Source: Candidatus Zixiibacteriota bacterium (GTDB taxonomy: Bacteria > Zixibacteria > MSB-5A5 > WJJR01). From it: 40,584 nt of DNA. A model generated the notes under the pieces. The model made no database searches, was not told the origin of the DNA, and was given only the letters and a program-made list of their open reading frames with translations. Shown here piece by piece: positions 35,398-40,584 of this stretch. The DNA is taken from NCBI GenBank assembly GCA_036170655.1, contig JAVHPP010000097.1, positions 1 to 40,584 of the forward strand. The letters are read 5' to 3'. Numbering within the stretch: the first letter of the stretch is position 1; each line of letters starts with the position of its first letter. The position numbers and the translations under genes are program-made.

Positions 35398-36974
35398 GGT
35401 GTGCCCCCATCGCCCGGTGTTTTTCCGGCCGCGCGAGACAGCACGGCCTCTGGGGGAACAAACGGTGTCGGCCGATCCCACGCCGGCGCTTTGATCATCT
35501 CCACGGTCCGCACGCGTTTCAACCATGATTCCAGATCGGGGCCGATGCGGTCGAGGAACGGCCGCGGGTAAATACCAATCCAGAAGATCAGCGCGAGCAG
35601 AGGAATGAGAGTTGCCAGTTCCCGCCGGGTGAGATCGCGAATCGTCTCGTTGACCGCGTGAACGACCGGCCCAAAAAACACCCGCCGAACCAGCCACAAC
35701 ATGTAACCGGCCGCGAGAATAACACCGACAGTGCTGATCGTCGCGAAGATCGGACGCGCATTGAACGCCCCCAGAAGAATCAGAAATTCACCCACGAATC
35801 CGTTGGTCCCCGGCAGGCCAATCGATGAAAGGGCCACAATGAGAAAGGCGATGGAGAACACCGGCACGACAGCGAAGATGCCGCCATAGTCGGCAATCTT
35901 GCGTGTATGACGCCGTTCGTAGATCATCCCCACCAATAGGAACAGCGCGCCTGTCGAGATGCCATGGTTGATCTGCTGCAAAAGCGAGCCCGTGGCGCCC
36001 ACCAGATTCAGTGCCATAATCCCCAGCATGACGAATCCAAGATGAGACACCGACGAGTACGCGATGAGACTCTTGATGTCTTCCTGGATCAACGTCATGA
36101 TCGCGCCATAGACGATCCCGATGACCGAGAGGATCCACAGGGTATCAGCGAAGTACTCAAACCCCTGCGGGAAGAGGGGGATGGCAAACCGCAGAAAGCC
36201 ATAGGCGCCCAGCTTCAAGAGCACGCCGGCCAGCATGACCGACCCGGCGGCGGGCGCTTCGACATGAGCATCCGGCAACCAGGTGTGAAAGGGGAACATC
36301 GGGACTTTGATCGCGAACGCCAGGGCAAACGCGGCAAAGAGCCAGCGTTGCGCCGATGCGGGAATACCGAGACCATACCAATCGAGCAGATTGAACGTCC
36401 CGTGGCCGGAGAAACCGCCGCTGTATTGGTATGTCCACAGAATCGCGACCAGCATCAAGAGCGATCCCGCCATGGTGTAGAGGACAAACTTGACAGTCGC
36501 ATAAATGCGTCTCTGACCACCCCATACGCCGATGAGAAAATACATCGGGATGAGCATGACTTCCCAGAAGACGTAGAAAAGGAAAACATCGGTGGCCAGA
36601 AAGGCGCCGATGACGCCGGTCTCAAGGAACAGGAGCGACGCATAGTAACCTTTTCGCCCTGTCTGGATAGCCGAGTATGACGAAACTACGGCGATCACGG
36701 TCAGAAGCGTGGTCAGCAGGACCAATAGCAGCGAGATGCCGTCCACGCCAACCCGGTACCCGATGCCATACCGGCTGATCCAATCGAGACTCTCGACAAA
36801 CTGAAAGCCGCCGCCAGGGACAAAACCAAACCAGAGCCAGAGCGAGACGATAAACTCGACCGCCGACGCGACTGTGGCGAAGCCCCGAATTTGGGCGTGC
36901 CGCTCACCCGGCCAGACCAGCAGCGCGACCCCGCAGAGCACGGGAAAGAATATGAGGACGCTTAAGATGCCCAT
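35394..36974 (-). CDS. nuoM: NADH-quinone oxidoreductase subunit M
   Basis: GVDGISL, FYVFWEVMLIPMY, KVPMFPFHTWLPDAHVEAP, LLKLGAYG, AYSSVSH, GLPGTNGFVGE. Confidence 0.96.
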   Translation of the reverse strand: MGILSVLIFFPVLCGVALLVWPGERHAQIRGFATVASAVEFIVSLWLWFGFVPGGGFQFVESLDWISRYGIGYRVGVDGISLLLVLLTTLLTVIAVVSSYSAIQTGRKGYYASLLFLETGVIGAFLATDVFLFYVFWEVMLIPMYFLIGVWGGQRRIYATVKFVLYTMAGSLLMLVAILWTYQYSGGFSGHGTFNLLDWYGLGIPASAQRWLFAAFALAFAIKVPMFPFHTWLPDAHVEAPAAGSVMLAGVLLKLGAYGFLRFAIPLFPQGFEYFADTLWILSVIGIVYGAIMTLIQEDIKSLIAYSSVSHLGFVMLGIMALNLVGATGSLLQQINHGISTGALFLLVGMIYERRHTRKIADYGGIFAVVPVFSIAFLIVALSSIGLPGTNGFVGEFLILLGAFNARPIFATISTVGVILAAGYMLWLVRRVFFGPVVHAVNETIRDLTRRELATLIPLLALIFWIGIYPRPFLDRIGPDLESWLKRVRTVEMIKAPAWDRPTPFVPPEAVLSRAAGKTPGDGGTP

Positions 36975-36981
36975 CAGATGC

Positions 36982-38916
36982 TCAGCGCGCCGCTCCCATT
37001 ACAGTGACCAGAACCCAGCCCAACGCCACGGCACAGCCGACGGCAAATGTCGCCGCCCCGAAGCGAAACCGCCCGGTCGAAGTCTTTACACCCCCGGCGG
37101 CCAGGGATTGCATCAGCCCGGCGATGCCATTAGCGGCGCCGTCGATGACCGCCAGATCGAACCCACGGTACACCACGCGGCCAAGACCGACGATGGGTCG
37201 CACGATGACGGTATCATACAACTCATCAACCCAGTATTTGTTGAGCACAAGATTGTATAGCCCGGCGAAGCGCGCCTTCCAGCGTTCGGGTCGCTCCGGG
37301 GACTTGATGTACCATTGGTACGCGAGGAGGATACCAAGCAATCCGACGATGATCGAAACTGCCATGAGGCCATATTCCAGACCCGCGGAATGCTCACCTG
37401 CGCTCAGTGCCAGCGTCTGGTCGGCGTGCTCGAAGACAGGGCGGAGGAAATGCTCAAACCAGGCGCCCCCGCCGAGAGTGCGAGGCCAGCCAATCCATCC
37501 GCCGATGACAGAGAGCACGGCGAGCGCTATCAATGGCTGAGCCATCGATGCCGGTGATTCATGCGGGTGAACATCATGTGCAACCCGGGATTCCCCGTGA
37601 AACGCGAGGAACACGAGACGAAACATGTAAAATGCCGTCAGCGCCGCGGTGATCGTCCCTACCAACCAGAATGTCCAATGGCCAAGAGGCGATGAAAAAG
37701 AGCGCCAGAGGATTTCGTCTTTCGACACGAATCCGGCCAGTGGGGGCACCCCAGCGATTGCCAGCGCGGCGATCAGGAAAGTCCAGTAGGTGACGGGCAT
37801 GGACTTCTTCAAGCCGCCCATCTTGCGTAGATCCTGTTCGTTCGAGAGCGCATGGATGACACTCCCCGCCCCAAGGAACAGCAGCGCCTTGAAGAACGCA
37901 TGCGTCATCAGGTGGAAGATACCCGCAGCAAACGCGCCGACACCCAGCGCGAGAAACATATAGCCGAGCTGGCTGATGGTCGAGTACGCGAGGACTTTCT
38001 TAATGTCGTTCTGGACAAGAGCCATCGAGGCGGCGAACAACGCCGTCGCCGCACCGATAATCGCCACGACCAGCAACGTCACCGGGGCCAGCGCGAAAAG
38101 CGTGGAGCAGCGCGCGATCATGTACACACCGGCGGTCACCATCGTGGCGGCATGGATCAGCGCCGAGACCGGTGTCGGGCCTTCCATGGCGTCGGGCAAC
38201 CACACATAGAGCGGAATCTGTGCCGACTTGCCGGTGGCGCCGAGGAGCAACAGGAGACCGATGGCCGTGAGGGTGCCGCTATACGCCGCCGCGACACTTG
38301 GCGCACGCTCGAAGACTTCGAGGAAATTGACTGTGTTGAAATGCCAGAAGATCAGAAAGATGGCCAGGGAAAACCCGAAATCACCAATGCGATTGACGAC
38401 AAAGGCCTTCATCCCCGCGCGGACCGCAGAGAGACGACGGAACCAGAATCCAATCAGCAGATAGGAACAGAGGCCGACCCCCTCCCAACCGATGTACATG
38501 ACCAGAAAGTTGTCCGCCAAAACCAGCATGAGCATGAAGAAGACAAAGAGATTCAAGAAAGAGAAATAACGGGGTTGATCGGGATCGTGCCCCATGTAAC
38601 CGAGCGAATACACGTGAATGAGAAAACTGACGCCCGTAACGACCAGGATCATCACCGCCGAGAGCGGATCGAGCAGGAAACTGACAGACGCGTGGAAATT
38701 GCCGGTGACAATCCAATCAAACAGGGTCACAGTCAGACGTCCTGTATCCGCTGAGCGCACCGCCGCGAAGGCAAACAACGAGACAGCGAATGACAGGAAC
38801 ACGGAAGCGCAAGCCACCAGACCGGCGGTTCGTTTCCCCCACCGGCGTCCGAAAAAACCGTTGAGCAGGAAGCCGACGAGCGGCCAGAGGGGTAGGGTCC
38901 AGAGGAGCGTGTTCAT
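36982..38916 (-). CDS. nuoL: NADH-quinone oxidoreductase subunit L
   Basis: GWEGVGLCSYLLIGFW, NRIGD, KSAQIPLYVWLPDAMEGPTPVSALIHAATMV, HAFFKALLFL. Confidence 0.96.
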   Translation of the reverse strand: MNTLLWTLPLWPLVGFLLNGFFGRRWGKRTAGLVACASVFLSFAVSLFAFAAVRSADTGRLTVTLFDWIVTGNFHASVSFLLDPLSAVMILVVTGVSFLIHVYSLGYMGHDPDQPRYFSFLNLFVFFMLMLVLADNFLVMYIGWEGVGLCSYLLIGFWFRRLSAVRAGMKAFVVNRIGDFGFSLAIFLIFWHFNTVNFLEVFERAPSVAAAYSGTLTAIGLLLLLGATGKSAQIPLYVWLPDAMEGPTPVSALIHAATMVTAGVYMIARCSTLFALAPVTLLVVAIIGAATALFAASMALVQNDIKKVLAYSTISQLGYMFLALGVGAFAAGIFHLMTHAFFKALLFLGAGSVIHALSNEQDLRKMGGLKKSMPVTYWTFLIAALAIAGVPPLAGFVSKDEILWRSFSSPLGHWTFWLVGTITAALTAFYMFRLVFLAFHGESRVAHDVHPHESPASMAQPLIALAVLSVIGGWIGWPRTLGGGAWFEHFLRPVFEHADQTLALSAGEHSAGLEYGLMAVSIIVGLLGILLAYQWYIKSPERPERWKARFAGLYNLVLNKYWVDELYDTVIVRPIVGLGRVVYRGFDLAVIDGAANGIAGLMQSLAAGGVKTSTGRFRFGAATFAVGCAVALGWVLVTVMGAAR

Positions 38917-38929
38917 CGAGTGATCCGAC

Positions 38930-39238
38930 CTATCCTTTCAGGATATTCAAGCGATCGACATCGATTGAGCCCTTGCGCCGGAAGATGGCGACCAGTATCG
39001 AAAGTCCCACCGCCGCCTCGGCCGCCGCAACAGTCAGCACAAAGAACACCATGACCTGCCCGCCCAAGTCGCCATGCACACGGGCGAAGACCACCAGAAG
39101 GAGATTCGCCGCATTGAGCATCAGTTCAACGCTCATGAGGGTGACGATCACGTTGCGTGCGATAATGACACCGAACACACCCAGGGTAAAGAGGATGCCC
39201 GCGAGGACCAGATAATAACTTAGAGGGACAGGCAGCAT
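38930..39238 (-). CDS. nuoK: NADH-quinone oxidoreductase subunit K
   Basis: [28 protein letters not shown]. Confidence 0.95.
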   Translation of the reverse strand: MLPVPLSYYLVLAGILFTLGVFGVIIARNVIVTLMSVELMLNAANLLLVVFARVHGDLGGQVMVFFVLTVAAAEAAVGLSILVAIFRRKGSIDVDRLNILKG

Positions 39239-39241
39239 CGT

Positions 39242-39775
39242 TTAAGCCTCTCTCCCTCCGTGAGTCTGCGCGGTGGTTCCAGCTCCGGAACGACGGCGCG
39301 CCAGAACAACCGCCGCCAACACCGCCGCCAGCAGCAGAAGCGATGTCAGTTCGAAGGGAAACAGGTATCCGCCAAAGAGAGCGCGCCCTACCGAACGCAC
39401 GCCGCCAAATCCTTCGGGCGATGGCACGGCGACGGACTGCTCCCCGCTGAAGAGAATGACCATTTCTCCCAGCAAAGCCCCGGCAGCCAGCGTGCCCAAG
39501 ACACCGATTCCCGGCAACCGGTCGGATCCGAATTCATCCTTTCGGAGATTGAGCATCATCACGATAAAGAGAAACAACACCATGATGGCCCCGGCATAGA
39601 TGATCACCTGCAGCGCGGCGACAAACTCCGCCGACAATTGCAGGAAGAGTACCGCCAGCGCCACAAGCACCACGATCAGGTGGAGGACCGAGACGATCGC
39701 GTTTTTCAGGAAGATCACGCGGACCGCGGCAATCACCGCGACGATTGCCGCCACCCAGAAGATGAACTGATCCAT
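39242..39775 (-). CDS. nuoJ: NADH-quinone oxidoreductase subunit J
   Basis: AEFVAALQVIIYAGAIMVLFLFIVMML, YLFPFELTS. Confidence 0.93.
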   Translation of the reverse strand: MDQFIFWVAAIVAVIAAVRVIFLKNAIVSVLHLIVVLVALAVLFLQLSAEFVAALQVIIYAGAIMVLFLFIVMMLNLRKDEFGSDRLPGIGVLGTLAAGALLGEMVILFSGEQSVAVPSPEGFGGVRSVGRALFGGYLFPFELTSLLLLAAVLAAVVLARRRSGAGTTAQTHGGREA

Positions 39776-39956
39776 CGTCAAGAGAATCTATTGACAAAAC
39801 GTGATAAAGCAAATCGTCCCGTCACCGCACGGGACCGAACGCGCAAGTATCGGGACGGCGGATGAGACAGTCAACCATGAAATCGGGGTGGCAGCTATTT
39901 CTGCCAGCCGTATCCGGATGGTCCGCAAAGAGTTGACGAGCCAGCGTGCCCGCGGC

Positions 39957-40584
39957 CTATTTCAGGAGCACGAGCTTCGCGACCGCCGACGAGCGTGTGG
40001 TCACGAGCTTTGCGAAGTAAAGACCTGTGGGAACAGGGTTTCCATAGTCGTCAGTAGCATCCCATGTGATACAGGCTTCGCTTCGCGTGTCGGAAAGACC
40101 AAGCACACGTACTTTCTGACCGAGGACGTTGAAGATTTCCATGGAGATTGCAGCCTCCCCTTCGGTCCACCTCAGCACGATAGAGGAGTTGGACGGGTTG
40201 GGGGTAGCTGAAAGGATCAGGGACTGCGTGGGTTTGCTCTCGGAGGATTGAGGCTCGATCGCTGTTACGAGAGGGGCCCAGATGTAGATGCTGGAGTCGG
40301 AAACGAAGAAGAGGTCGGTTTGTGTCGCGGTGGAGAGCGGCCCGGTTTGCAGGTCGACTGCCGACATCCCACAGAGTGTGTCAAGAATAGCACCGTTATC
40401 GAGTTGGCGTACCTCCCAGCCTTGGCCAGCAGCCAATGGCAAGATCCATAGTGTCCGGTCGATGCCCTGTATGTCAAACGCGGCGATGCCCGAATACGTC
40501 GATCGTTCTGCAAATGACGCGCCCCAGCGAGACGTCGACACTCCCAAGCGCGACGACGATATGGAATTCGACTCATTCACGAAG
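39957..40584 (-). CDS. Secreted protein with T9SS type A / FlgD-Ig C-terminal domain (5' end outside window)
   Basis: ATPNPSNSS...IFNVLGQKVRVL...WDATDDYGNPVPTGLYFAKL...KLVLLK; frame open to window edge. Confidence 0.8.
   Translation of the reverse strand, partial: FVNESNSISSSRLGVSTSRWGASFAERSTYSGIAAFDIQGIDRTLWILPLAAGQGWEVRQLDNGAILDTLCGMSAVDLQTGPLSTATQTDLFFVSDSSIYIWAPLVTAIEPQSSESKPTQSLILSATPNPSNSSIVLRWTEGEAAISMEIFNVLGQKVRVLGLSDTRSEACITWDATDDYGNPVPTGLYFAKLVTTRSSAVAKLVLLK

Noticed and set aside
35398..35697. 100-aa N-terminal extension of NuoN in the ORF track
   Set aside because: Overlaps nuoM; the ATGA-coupled start at 35397 gives a normal NuoN.
37004..38754. Long antisense ORFs opposite nuoL (and similar ones opposite other genes, e.g. 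5482-6793, 14583-15368, 30461-31264)
   Set aside because: Shadow frames expected in GC-rich coding DNA; no recognisable motifs.

Overview
GC-rich chromosomal window from a diderm bacterium. T9SS/FlgD-Ig-type C-terminal domains, a PorV/PorQ barrel and TonB-dependent receptors point to an FCB-group lineage such as Zixibacteria (inference only). Left to right: a TonB receptor / large CTD-bearing secreted protein / PorV-PorQ operon; a lipoate-ligase-family gene; a TPR-GAF-sigma54 activator preceded by a small secreted-protein gene; a divergent operon behind a consensus sigma54 promoter (repeat lipoprotein, outer-membrane barrel, M6 metalloprotease, lipoprotein); housekeeping genes (alpha/beta hydrolase, proline dehydrogenase, TerC, fRMsr, URO-D family, DUF169, mlaEFD); a TPP riboswitch ahead of a TonB receptor and a sodium:solute symporter; a PP-loop tRNA sulfurtransferase; a HicB-DinB fusion; nuoJKLMN; and a truncated CTD protein. 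The most striking observation is a candidate peptide-signalling (RRNPP-like) module at 8255-17845: secreted propeptide, TPR-sigma54 activator, sigma54 promoter and secreted protease operon. Also seen: REP-like palindromes, 9-bp GGAC tandem repeats and an ORF6N pseudogene remnant. All family calls come from motif recognition, not database searches.
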